Part shown: piece by piece, positions 56,293 to 64,000 of the stretch
How positions within the stretch are numbered: position 1 is the first letter of the stretch
Layout: each line of letters starts with the position of its first letter
Source: an uncultured Bifidobacteriaceae bacterium
Lineage (GTDB): Bacteria > Verrucomicrobiota > Verrucomicrobiia > Limisphaerales > UBA11358
Length of the DNA stretch: 64,000 bases
Reading direction: 5' to 3'
Assembly (NCBI GenBank): GCA_964532525.1
Contig: CAZHIM010000001.1
Location: 274,530-338,529 of the forward strand
Notes under the pieces: generated by a model
The model's input: only the letters and a program-made list of their open reading frames with translations
Database searches by the model: none
Told to the model about the DNA's origin: nothing
Position numbers and translations under genes: made by a program

Positions 56293-57203
56293 CAGGGCTC
56301 TTTCGTTTCCAGCCGGAAGTGGTCCACCTTTTTGAGCCGGAAAACGGAGCCCAGGATGGTTTTGAGTTTGTGCATTTGTTCCCGCCGGTGAAAGCGCATC
56401 AGCTCGGGCGAAACGGCCCGCTGCATCCGCCGCGCGGCGGCCGAGACGTAGCCGGCCAGCACCGCGAGCCCGCCCAAAAGCAGCGGCTGCTTGGCCAGCC
56501 GGTAAACCACGCGGAACATTTCCCAGATCGGCGAGTTGCCCAGATAATAGTCCTTTTCGCCGTAGGAATAAAGCGCGGCCAGCACGCCGCGTTCGGCCGT
56601 GCCGAGCGAGCGGTAGTGGTTGAACCGCTTCTCCAAAAACGACCGCGTGCCCCAACCCTTCATCCGCGCCGTGGTCACGGCAATCCAGTCAATCCCGCCG
56701 GCGCGATTCGGCACGTACCCGCCGATGTCCTCCCAGCATTGGCGCCGGAACAACTGGCAGCCGCCGGCCACGTGATTCTGCCCCTCGAAGCTGTCCCGCG
56801 CCGAGTCATAGCCGTCTTCCAGAAACGGCGTGCCCGCCACCCCCAGCTTCGGATCCCCCGCAAATTTCCCCATCAGGAATTCCAGATAATCGGCCTCGAA
56901 CGACAGGTCGGAATCCAGATTGCCCACCACGTCGAATTCCAGCGCCCGCACCCGCTCGAAGCCCGCGTTGAAGGCGTGGACCTTCCCGGCAAAGCTCCGG
57001 TCCACGTCCCCCGGCCGGTGCACCACCTCGATCCACGGATAACGCCGCGCATACTCGTCCGCGATTTGCCCCGTGCGGTCCGTCGAGCCGTCGTCCACGA
57101 TCACCCACCGCACCGGCGGCAGCGTCTGCGCCACCATCGAATCCAGCGTCTTCTGGATGAACTTCTCCTCGTTGCGCGAGGGTGTGATGAGCACGTATTT
57201 CAT
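56292..57203 (-). CDS. Family 2 glycosyltransferase
   Basis: MKYVLITPSRNEEKFIQKTLDSMVAQTLPPVRWVIVDDGSTDRTG...NLDSDLSFEADY. A C-terminal TM segment is present. There is an ATGA overlap with the upstream gene. Confidence 0.85.
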   Translation of the reverse strand: MKYVLITPSRNEEKFIQKTLDSMVAQTLPPVRWVIVDDGSTDRTGQIADEYARRYPWIEVVHRPGDVDRSFAGKVHAFNAGFERVRALEFDVVGNLDSDLSFEADYLEFLMGKFAGDPKLGVAGTPFLEDGYDSARDSFEGQNHVAGGCQLFRRQCWEDIGGYVPNRAGGIDWIAVTTARMKGWGTRSFLEKRFNHYRSLGTAERGVLAALYSYGEKDYYLGNSPIWEMFRVVYRLAKQPLLLGGLAVLAGYVSAAARRMQRAVSPELMRFHRREQMHKLKTILGSVFRLKKVDHFRLETKEP

Positions 57204-58363
57204 GGCTGGGGCAGGGCGGCGGCGGGCCGGACGGCGCCGTTGGGCGCCGCGGCGGCACGGCCCGCTTTCCGGTCGGGATAAATCTGGGCAAAAATCTCGT
57301 CCATCATTCGCGCCGTCAGCAGGATTTCCCGGTACGGAATCGGCGGCGGACTTTGGCTGCGGATGCTTTCGTAAAATCGCTCGATCAGCTCCTTCATCCC
57401 GGCGTCCTGGTGCAGCCGGCCATTCACGAAACTGATGAAATTGCCGCAGGCGTTGCGCAACTGCTGTCCCGCTTCGTTCAGCGGCGGCGCCAAAAACGTC
57501 AGGTAGCTCTTGTAGGAGCGGTTCTCGTGGCGCACCAGCGTCCCGCTGGCGTGGTCCACGGTCAGCGAATTGGCCGGCCCGCAGACCCGCAGGCGGTTGA
57601 GGCCGGGCTTGAGCTGCGTGGAGAAGCAGAAAAACGCCGTCGTGCCCGCGCCGTCGCGGATGAGCACGCGCAATTCGTCCAGGATCTCCTCGCCGCCGAG
57701 GCGGCGAAGCTGCTCGCTTTGATGCGCGCTGGCGTGGAGCTCCGCCAGGTCGTCGTCGAGAAACGGGCTCAGCTTGGCCAACCCGTGGCTCAGGATGTTG
57801 TGCAGCAACTGCCCGGGCAGCTGCCGCACCCAATGATCCTTGTTGCCCAGCAGCGGCCCCACGTAGCTGGCGTCGCCCAGGTCATAGGAAAAATGGCTCT
57901 CCAAATGAACGGGTTTGCCGCCTAGAAAATTCTCCCCCACCAGCCGGCGCATCCGCAGCATCTCCGGCGTGAACTGCAAATTGTGCCCGGCGGTGATTTT
58001 CAATCCCCGGCCGTCGGCCAGGTGGATCAGCTCCCCGGCCTCGGGGGCGGTGACGGTGAACGGTTTCTCCAGATAGACGTGGCTGCCGGCTTCCAGGCAT
58101 TGTTTCGCCAGCGCAAAATGTCCCTGCGGCGGCGTGGTGATGTGCACCACGTCCGGCCGCGCCGCGCGCAGCATTTCGCCGGCGTCGCCGAAGCAGGCGG
58201 TGATGCCGAAGCGCTCGCCGAGCTGGCGGGCCATGAGCACTTCCCGGTCGCACAGCCCGACGATCTGGCAGCTCGCCACGCGCCGGCTGGCCAGCACGTG
58301 CTGGTCGGCAATCTTGCCGCAGCCGATGATGGCCACCCGGAGGTTTTTGGATGCGGTGTTCAA
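57200..58363 (-). CDS. Gfo/Idh/MocA-family NAD-dependent oxidoreductase (WbpB-like candidate)
   Basis: LRVAIIGCGKIADQHVLA...VVHITTPPQGHFALAKQCLEAGSHVYLEKPFT. Confidence 0.85.
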   Translation of the reverse strand: MNTASKNLRVAIIGCGKIADQHVLASRRVASCQIVGLCDREVLMARQLGERFGITACFGDAGEMLRAARPDVVHITTPPQGHFALAKQCLEAGSHVYLEKPFTVTAPEAGELIHLADGRGLKITAGHNLQFTPEMLRMRRLVGENFLGGKPVHLESHFSYDLGDASYVGPLLGNKDHWVRQLPGQLLHNILSHGLAKLSPFLDDDLAELHASAHQSEQLRRLGGEEILDELRVLIRDGAGTTAFFCFSTQLKPGLNRLRVCGPANSLTVDHASGTLVRHENRSYKSYLTFLAPPLNEAGQQLRNACGNFISFVNGRLHQDAGMKELIERFYESIRSQSPPPIPYREILLTARMMDEIFAQIYPDRKAGRAAAAPNGAVRPAAALPQP

Positions 58364-58370
58364 GTTGCGT

Positions 58371-59420
58371 TCAAATTGCGCCCCGCCGGTATTGTGCCAG
58401 AAACGCCGTCATGGCGCCGCTCAGATTCACGCGCGGCTTCCAGCCCAGGCGGTCATGGAGTTTTTGGTTCGAATAGCGGTTGCCCTTCCACTCGGCCGCC
58501 GCGCGCCGCCGGTTGAAGGCCGGCGGCAACTGCCCGTCCCGCCACCGGGAAAAATCCTCCCACAGGCAGCTCAATCCGTACGCCAGAAAATACGGCACCC
58601 GCACCGAAAAGAAGGGCTTCACCCGTTTGTACGCCCGGAGAAATTCGGCGCTGGTCAGCCGCTCGTCGTCCACCACGTTGAAAACTTCGCCATCCACGCC
58701 CGGCTGCAACCCGGCCAGCACAATCGCCTCCGCGCAATTATCCACGTAGGTCAGCGGCAGTTGGTTCCCCCCGCCCAGGTGGATGAAAAACCCAAACGTG
58801 TCAATCCCCACCCGCCCGCTCAACGCCGGTTTGCCGGGACCAAAGACCGCCCCGGGCCGCAGAATGACGCTCGGCAGGCCGTGCTGGTCGCGATATTGCC
58901 GCACGATCTCCTCCTGCTTGAGCTTCCCAAAACAGTACGCGTCGTAACGCGCCTGCGGCGCGTCTTCCAGCGGACAGCTCTCGTCCAGCAGCGCCCCCCG
59001 CTTCAATTTCAAATTCGAATACACCGCGAAGGAGCTCACGTTCACAAACCGCGCCACGCGGCCGTGCGCCTGGAAGGCCTCCAGCAAGTTCCGCGTGGCC
59101 AGGGCCGAATTCATGAACGCGCCCGCAAACGATTTCTCCATGCCCGCCGCCAGATGGTAGATCACCGAGACGCCCTCCGCCGCCCGCCGGCAATCCTCCC
59201 GCGACAGCAGGTCGCCCCGCACAATCTCGGCGCCCTGGCCGGCCGGGCTGGCTTCGAGAATTTGCTTCAGGCGATCCATCCGGCTGGAGGGGCGGACGAA
59301 ACACCGCACGTTGCTGAAACCGTATTCGAGCAGGATTCCCACCACCTTGGCGCCAATGAAACCATTGGAGCCCGTCACCAATACCCGGTCGGCGGGGGAA
59401 ATGATGTAGTTCGGATTCAT
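58371..59420 (-). CDS. NAD-dependent epimerase/dehydratase (SDR) family protein
   Basis: The ATG at 59420 gives MNPNYIISPADRVLVTGSNGFIGAKVV, a GxxGxxG motif. YCFGKLKQEE is the YxxxK motif. Confidence 0.85.
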   Translation of the reverse strand: MNPNYIISPADRVLVTGSNGFIGAKVVGILLEYGFSNVRCFVRPSSRMDRLKQILEASPAGQGAEIVRGDLLSREDCRRAAEGVSVIYHLAAGMEKSFAGAFMNSALATRNLLEAFQAHGRVARFVNVSSFAVYSNLKLKRGALLDESCPLEDAPQARYDAYCFGKLKQEEIVRQYRDQHGLPSVILRPGAVFGPGKPALSGRVGIDTFGFFIHLGGGNQLPLTYVDNCAEAIVLAGLQPGVDGEVFNVVDDERLTSAEFLRAYKRVKPFFSVRVPYFLAYGLSCLWEDFSRWRDGQLPPAFNRRRAAAEWKGNRYSNQKLHDRLGWKPRVNLSGAMTAFLAQYRRGAI

Positions 59421-59644
59421 TCGCGTTTTCAACCCGGTCCTCTGCCCAAACGAACCCCGGGGTTTATGTCTGTATCCCTTTCCTTGGCGCAAGCTGCCAT
59501 CAGCGTGCGGGGAAGAATATAAGACATTCGCGGCCTCGTGCTAACAAGAAATGACAAATCCTCTCGCCAGCCGACACCTATCCCGGAGGGATTGAATCAC
59601 GATCGAGACCGGAAAGCGTGGCAACGGAAAGTCTTCTCCCGGGG

Positions 59645-59825
59645 TGAAAATTCCCCGAAACCGTTTGCGCATTGAACCCCTGAACCGCAGACGAAACATT
59701 CAACGTTCAACGCCCAATATCGAAGGGGCTCGCGCTGCCGCCTTCGTTCAGGGTTGGAAGTTGATTGTCGAAGGTTGAATGTTTTCCAGGTTCAGGGGGA
59801 GGGCGAGCGTTAAACCATTTAGCCC
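59645..59825 (+). repeat. Dispersed repeat family 2, copy B
   Basis: AATTCCCCGAAaccGTTTGCGCATTGAACCCCTGAACCG (59648-59686) and GAGGGCGAGCGTTAAACCATTTAGC (about 59799-59823) match copy A. A long imperfect hairpin pairs CCCCTGAACC...AACATTCAAC with GTTGAATGTT...GGTTCAGGGG. Confidence 0.65.
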
Positions 59826-59965
59826 AAAATGCTTCCACTGCTTCCATGCTGGAAGCCGGATGTTCGGTATTGGAGGTTTCCTCCCCCGGGCGGCACAGGA
59901 ATCCTTTCGGTCCTTTCAACCACCCAGCCCGGGAAATCCAGCCCAGGCACCGCCGGCGCCCCAAC

Positions 59966-61312
59966 TCACGGATTGGGGTTGGTGGGCGCGAGCGCCTGCA
60001 AATTGCTGGGCGGCGTGATGCTCCCCGTCTCGGTGGTCGTGCCCGTGCTGGTATTCGTGAACCAGGGACTGTTGCTCACCAGCGGATGCGGATAAACCAG
60101 CGGCGTATAATTCGGCATCACGGAATTGGTGTAAATATCGCGGCCCTGCTGGATGAACGGCGCGTCCGTGTTCATGCCCAGCGCAAACGTGCCCCACTGC
60201 GTTCCCGGCACGGTGTTGCCCCAAAGGTATATGGGCACGGGCCCCGGCGCGCCGTTGACCACCCCCTGCCCCACCTGCTCGTAGGCGGGGTAGTTCGCGG
60301 GATATACCAACTGCGCGGGAAACCATTCGGCCTGCCACTCGGACGACGCGGGCTCCACCCAAAACGTGAACATGGCGGATGCGTTCCAGTAACTGGTGGT
60401 GGAAACAACGTTGCTCCAGATCACCCCCGTGCCGCCGCGCTGCAAATACAGGTACGGCATCGTGTTGTTGGTGTCATTCAGGGTCCACGTGTTCTCGTAG
60501 CATTCCACCTGCAGCGTGGAAATATGGGAGCCGGAATTCACGCCGTGCGTGGATTCGGGAATGTTGGTGATGCTGTTGTAGCGCACGGTGAGCCGCGCCC
60601 CGCCGTCGGCCTCCACCAGCCCGGACATGGGCGCGCTGCTGGGCTGCGAAAACACGCAGCTCTCCACCACCACCGAGTTGGTCGTGCCCCAGGACATCGG
60701 CTGGGTCCAGCCGTAGTTCACCACGTTGCCGTTGGCGCGCACGTTGATGTAATTGTAAACCACCCCGCCCGGGAAAAAGAACTGGCAGTTGTCCACCAAA
60801 CCGAACGGCCCGGCGCTGAGCTTGGAATTGATGCTGCCTATCGTGATGCCGAAATTGATCTGCGACGCGTTGAGAAACTCGCAGTTCGAAACGCGGAAAC
60901 ACACCCCGCTGCCGTCAATGCCCAGCAGGTTCGAATATGGCCGGCTGGCCCCCACGTTGAAAATGAAGTTCCGGATCGTCACCAGGCTGCTGCCAGCCCC
61001 GATGTAGATGCCCGAATTGGCCGGCGTGTTCAGGAGAATCGTCGGGCGGTTGTTGGTGGAAGGCCCTTGAATCGTGAAAATGTTGCTCGTCCCAATAATC
61101 AGCGCATTCGTCCAGTTGTAAGTGCCGCCCGCCGCGCCCACTGTCAACACCCACCCGTCCTGCGCCTTGCCCAGCGCGTAGGCCAGGGCCTGCGCGGTGT
61201 CCGCATAGCTCCCGTCACTGGATATCATTTCGGCGGCATCATTGGCCTGATAAGCGCCGCCGCTAAAAACCACTCCCATGAATAGCGACAACGCCGGTAA
61301 CAAATATTTCAT
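59966..61312 (-). CDS. Secreted right-handed beta-helix protein (pectate-lyase-fold; polysaccharide lyase/hydrolase candidate)
   Basis: The signal peptide is [23 protein letters not shown]. Repetitive N/G/V/I-rich coils include [30 protein letters not shown] and [10 protein letters not shown] Thr-rich tail follows. Confidence 0.65.
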   Translation of the reverse strand: MKYLLPALSLFMGVVFSGGAYQANDAAEMISSDGSYADTAQALAYALGKAQDGWVLTVGAAGGTYNWTNALIIGTSNIFTIQGPSTNNRPTILLNTPANSGIYIGAGSSLVTIRNFIFNVGASRPYSNLLGIDGSGVCFRVSNCEFLNASQINFGITIGSINSKLSAGPFGLVDNCQFFFPGGVVYNYINVRANGNVVNYGWTQPMSWGTTNSVVVESCVFSQPSSAPMSGLVEADGGARLTVRYNSITNIPESTHGVNSGSHISTLQVECYENTWTLNDTNNTMPYLYLQRGGTGVIWSNVVSTTSYWNASAMFTFWVEPASSEWQAEWFPAQLVYPANYPAYEQVGQGVVNGAPGPVPIYLWGNTVPGTQWGTFALGMNTDAPFIQQGRDIYTNSVMPNYTPLVYPHPLVSNSPWFTNTSTGTTTETGSITPPSNLQALAPTNPNP

Positions 61313-61428
61313 CTTTTTGCTGTATCTTTGCGACAGTAATAACCTTATAGCAGAATACGAGCCACGGCAACTGCCTTCAACCGCGCAATTTCAAGCGTCC
61401 CCGCCGCGTGATAATGGACAGTCCTGGA

Positions 61429-62910
61429 TCATTTCAGGCCACCCGGTGTCAATTTTGTTTCCAGCGCCTGCCCGCCCCGTCGGCTTTCCGGCCCGGGAAA
61501 CCGCGGCGCCGCCCCCGCGTGATCCGTCAAATGGGGCAGCGGCCGCAATTCCGCGGTCGGCGCCAATTCCCCCTCCGGTTCCGTCTCCAGCGCCGGCGCC
61601 GGCTCCGGCGGGGGATAATCCAGCGCGATGATATAAAACATGAACCACATGGGATGCAGCGCCTTGAAACTGGATTCGGTCCAGTTGTAAATCACCAGCG
61701 CGCAGAGAAAAGCCACCCGGAACCGGCCGAAATGAAAATTCGTCAACAATTCCCGGCGCGCCTTCCAAAACGTGGCCAGCAGCAGCGTTAGCAGGATGCC
61801 CAGCCCAATCAGCCCCAGGTTCAAATAGGCCTCCAGATAGCCGTTGTGGGCCTCATTCGGATGCCAATACCATTTGGAGTTCATGAACTCCTGCCGGTCG
61901 CCCAGCCAAAAACTCTCGAAGCCGACGCCGATGATCGGATTGATCGGAATGCTCAAACAGTCGTGCCAAATCAGCGTGCGGTCCGTGAGCGTGCGATCCT
62001 TGCCCAGCGCCTGGAAAAACAGGTCCGAAATTCCAAAAACATATTCCGCCGCCGCGCACCCGGCGATGGCCAGCAGAATCCACGTGCCGACATATTCCCG
62101 CTTGCACCACCGCATCCCCAGCACCGCCAGGAGCAGCACGCCGATCAGCAGCGTCACCAGCGACGTGGAACTTTGCGCCCGGACCAGCAGCCACCAGATC
62201 AGCACCAGGAAGATGCCGCATAATATCAGCTCGTTCCGCCGCAGCTTGCTCTTCTCCCACTGCGCCACCTTGAGCAGATACCACACAAAAAAGAACCCGA
62301 AGATGAGGCAGTCGGTGCCCAGCGCATTCTTGTCCAGCGTGATGCCCTTGTTGAAGGGCTGGCCGGTCCATTCCGAAAACCCGCGGCCCAACTCCGGAAA
62401 GTATTTGATGAACAAGATCGAGAGGGGCACCACCAAATACGCGCACCGCTTCAGGAGCGTGCTCAGCGCCGTCTCGAAGTCCGGCTCGGTGAACAGCACG
62501 AGCACCATGATCGGCTGGCCGAGAATCTTGAACCACCGCTTGAACGACACGAACATGAAATCCGACCAAAACACGGCCACGAAACAATAGAGCAAAAAAA
62601 AGGTCAGCCAGCGGTTGTGCCGGATGAATTCGGAAAGCCGGAAGCCGCGGCGGGCCAGCACCCACAGGCCGGCCACCATGAGCATGAGTGAAACCAGCGC
62701 ATCCGCCGGGCTGCCCTCCTCCAGCGACCGCCCCCCCACGTGCCAGCCCGCGATGTCCAGCCACGCGGACACGAACCGGGACGTGATGATGAACAGCCAG
62801 ATCAGCGGAATCCACAGCGCGCCCGTGACGTTGGGATTTTGCCGGATGTCCCGCCAGAACAAAAACACGACGAACCCCGCGTACAGGACGGTGGCCAGGG
62901 CGGAAGGCAT
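61429..62910 (-). CDS. O-antigen ligase/polymerase-like (Wzy_C) polytopic membrane protein
   Basis: There are at least 10 hydrophobic segments. NEAHNGYLEAYLNLGLIGLGILL matches the Wzy_C/O-antigen ligase loop-helix motif. A Pro/Glu-rich C-terminal tail is present. Confidence 0.7.
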   Translation of the reverse strand: MPSALATVLYAGFVVFLFWRDIRQNPNVTGALWIPLIWLFIITSRFVSAWLDIAGWHVGGRSLEEGSPADALVSLMLMVAGLWVLARRGFRLSEFIRHNRWLTFFLLYCFVAVFWSDFMFVSFKRWFKILGQPIMVLVLFTEPDFETALSTLLKRCAYLVVPLSILFIKYFPELGRGFSEWTGQPFNKGITLDKNALGTDCLIFGFFFVWYLLKVAQWEKSKLRRNELILCGIFLVLIWWLLVRAQSSTSLVTLLIGVLLLAVLGMRWCKREYVGTWILLAIAGCAAAEYVFGISDLFFQALGKDRTLTDRTLIWHDCLSIPINPIIGVGFESFWLGDRQEFMNSKWYWHPNEAHNGYLEAYLNLGLIGLGILLTLLLATFWKARRELLTNFHFGRFRVAFLCALVIYNWTESSFKALHPMWFMFYIIALDYPPPEPAPALETEPEGELAPTAELRPLPHLTDHAGAAPRFPGPESRRGGQALETKLTPGGLK

Positions 62911-62940
62911 GGTTCAACAATGGGCGCGCTTCAAAAACGG

Positions 62941-64000
62941 TCAGGCCGGATTTTGGCGGAAAAAGCTCGCAATCTGTTCCGCCACGTAAGCCTGCATGGT
63001 CCCGGTCAACTCCGGATAAATCGGCAGCGACAGGATCCGCGACTGGTTGGCGTACGCCACCGGAAAATCTTCCGGCCGGTGCCCCAGATACGCATAGGCC
63101 GGATAAAACGGCAGCGCCTTGGGATAGTTCAGCACGGTGCTGATGCCCGCGTCCCCGAGAAATTTCTTCAGCGCGTCGCGCTTCCCGGTGCGGATGACGT
63201 AGAGGTGATACACATGCTCGCGGCCCGGCGCCACCTTGGGCAGCACCAGATCGCCCACGCCCGCCAGCAATTCATCATACCGGGCCGCCACTCGCCGGCG
63301 CGCTTCGGTCCACGCTTGCAAATGCGGCAGCTTCACGTTGAGAATGGCCGCCTGCAGGCCGTCAAGCCGGCTGTTGATGCCTTCCATGATGTGTTCGCCC
63401 TTGCCGCCGTGCCGCGCAAACGTCGCGCACCAGTCGGCCAGCGCGTCGTCCTGCGTCACCAGCGCCCCGGCGTCGCCATAGGCGCCCAGGTTCTTCCCCG
63501 GATAAAACGAGAAGGTCCCCGCGTTCCCAAACGTGCCCGCCAGTTTCCCCTGGTACCGCGCCAGGTGCGCCTGCGCACAGTCTTCAATCACCCACAACTT
63601 GTGGTTCCGCGCGATGGCCATGATGGCCCCCATGTCCGCCGGCTGCCCGAACAGGTGCACCGGCAGAATGCCCACCGTCCGCTCCGTGATTTTCGCCTCG
63701 ATCTGCGCCGGGCTGATCGTAAACGTCTCGGCCTCGGTGTCCGCAAACACCACCTTGCCCCCCGCCTGCGTGATCGTCTCCGTCGTGGCGATCCACGAAT
63801 GGGCCGTGGAAATCACTTCGTCGCCCGGCTTGACGCCCAAGCCGCGCATGGCGATATAGAGGGCATCGGTGCCATTCGCGCACGAGACGCAATGCCGCAC
63901 TCCCAGCCGCTCCGCCCAGCGCTGCTCAAACTGGTCCACCTGCGGGCCGCGGATGTACGCCGAGGCCGTGATGACGGCCTGGATGGCCGCGTCTATCTCC
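62941..64000 (-). CDS. DegT/DnrJ/EryC1/StrS-family PLP-dependent sugar aminotransferase (WbpE-like); 5' end beyond window
   Basis: CVSCANGTDALYIAMRGLGVKPGDEVI...GILPVHLFGQPADM...SFYPGKNLGAYGDAGA, with the PLP Lys in PGKNLG. The frame stays open to 64000 (..EIDAAIQAVITASAYIRGPQVDQFE), so the track's GTG start is internal. Confidence 0.9.
   Translation of the reverse strand, partial: EIDAAIQAVITASAYIRGPQVDQFEQRWAERLGVRHCVSCANGTDALYIAMRGLGVKPGDEVISTAHSWIATTETITQAGGKVVFADTEAETFTISPAQIEAKITERTVGILPVHLFGQPADMGAIMAIARNHKLWVIEDCAQAHLARYQGKLAGTFGNAGTFSFYPGKNLGAYGDAGALVTQDDALADWCATFARHGGKGEHIMEGINSRLDGLQAAILNVKLPHLQAWTEARRRVAARYDELLAGVGDLVLPKVAPGREHVYHLYVIRTGKRDALKKFLGDAGISTVLNYPKALPFYPAYAYLGHRPEDFPVAYANQSRILSLPIYPELTGTMQAYVAEQIASFFRQNPA

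Noticed and set aside
33735-61285. Further very long + strand ORFs (33735..35615, 39791..41644, 46488..49118, 49563..51698, 54706..56391, 59765..61285)
   Set aside because: Each is antisense to minus-strand genes with clear family motifs (protease triad, GT2 DxD, Walker motifs, PP-loops). Their translations are Arg/Gly/Pro/His-rich and contain no domains.

Overview
High-GC (roughly mid-60s % by eye) Gram-negative chromosome segment. The PEP-CTERM/exosortase content and the dispersed hairpin repeats suggest the PVC group or Verrucomicrobiota, but this is inference only. About 50 genes are dense and mostly on the minus strand. Many long ORFs in the supplied track are Arg/Gly-rich antisense shadows, and many real ORFs carry spurious 5' extensions, so I re-derived starts. 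Contents in order: (1) a partial S53 peptidase. (2) A lower-GC islet with a convergently arranged DUF1778 antitoxin and GNAT (TacT-like) toxin, plus a 314-bp MITE with 26-bp terminal inverted repeats and an 8-bp target duplication. (3) leuS. (4) A flagellar filament operon: two sigma28-driven flagellin paralogs flanking an FkbH-like HAD/GNAT gene, then fliD, an exported protein, flgM-like, fliS, a small chaperone-like ORF and an HD-GYP response regulator. (5) Housekeeping genes: bamD, lptE, clpS, two-component systems, a Kv-type K+ channel and RNase P RNA. (6) A roughly 36-kb single-strand envelope and polysaccharide region. It holds a chagasin-type inhibitor, a lower-GC 1096-aa adhesin ORF with an internal PEP-CTERM signal, a GHL10 hydrolase, an S1C protease, an exosortase, a beta-barrel OMP, a Wzm/Wzt exporter, many glycosyltransferases, two AsnB paralogs (one lacking the Cys nucleophile), WbpA/B/E-like sugar enzymes, a beta-helix protein and a Wzy-like protein. 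Three families of intergenic repeats punctuate this locus. No CRISPR array, tRNA or rRNA was found.
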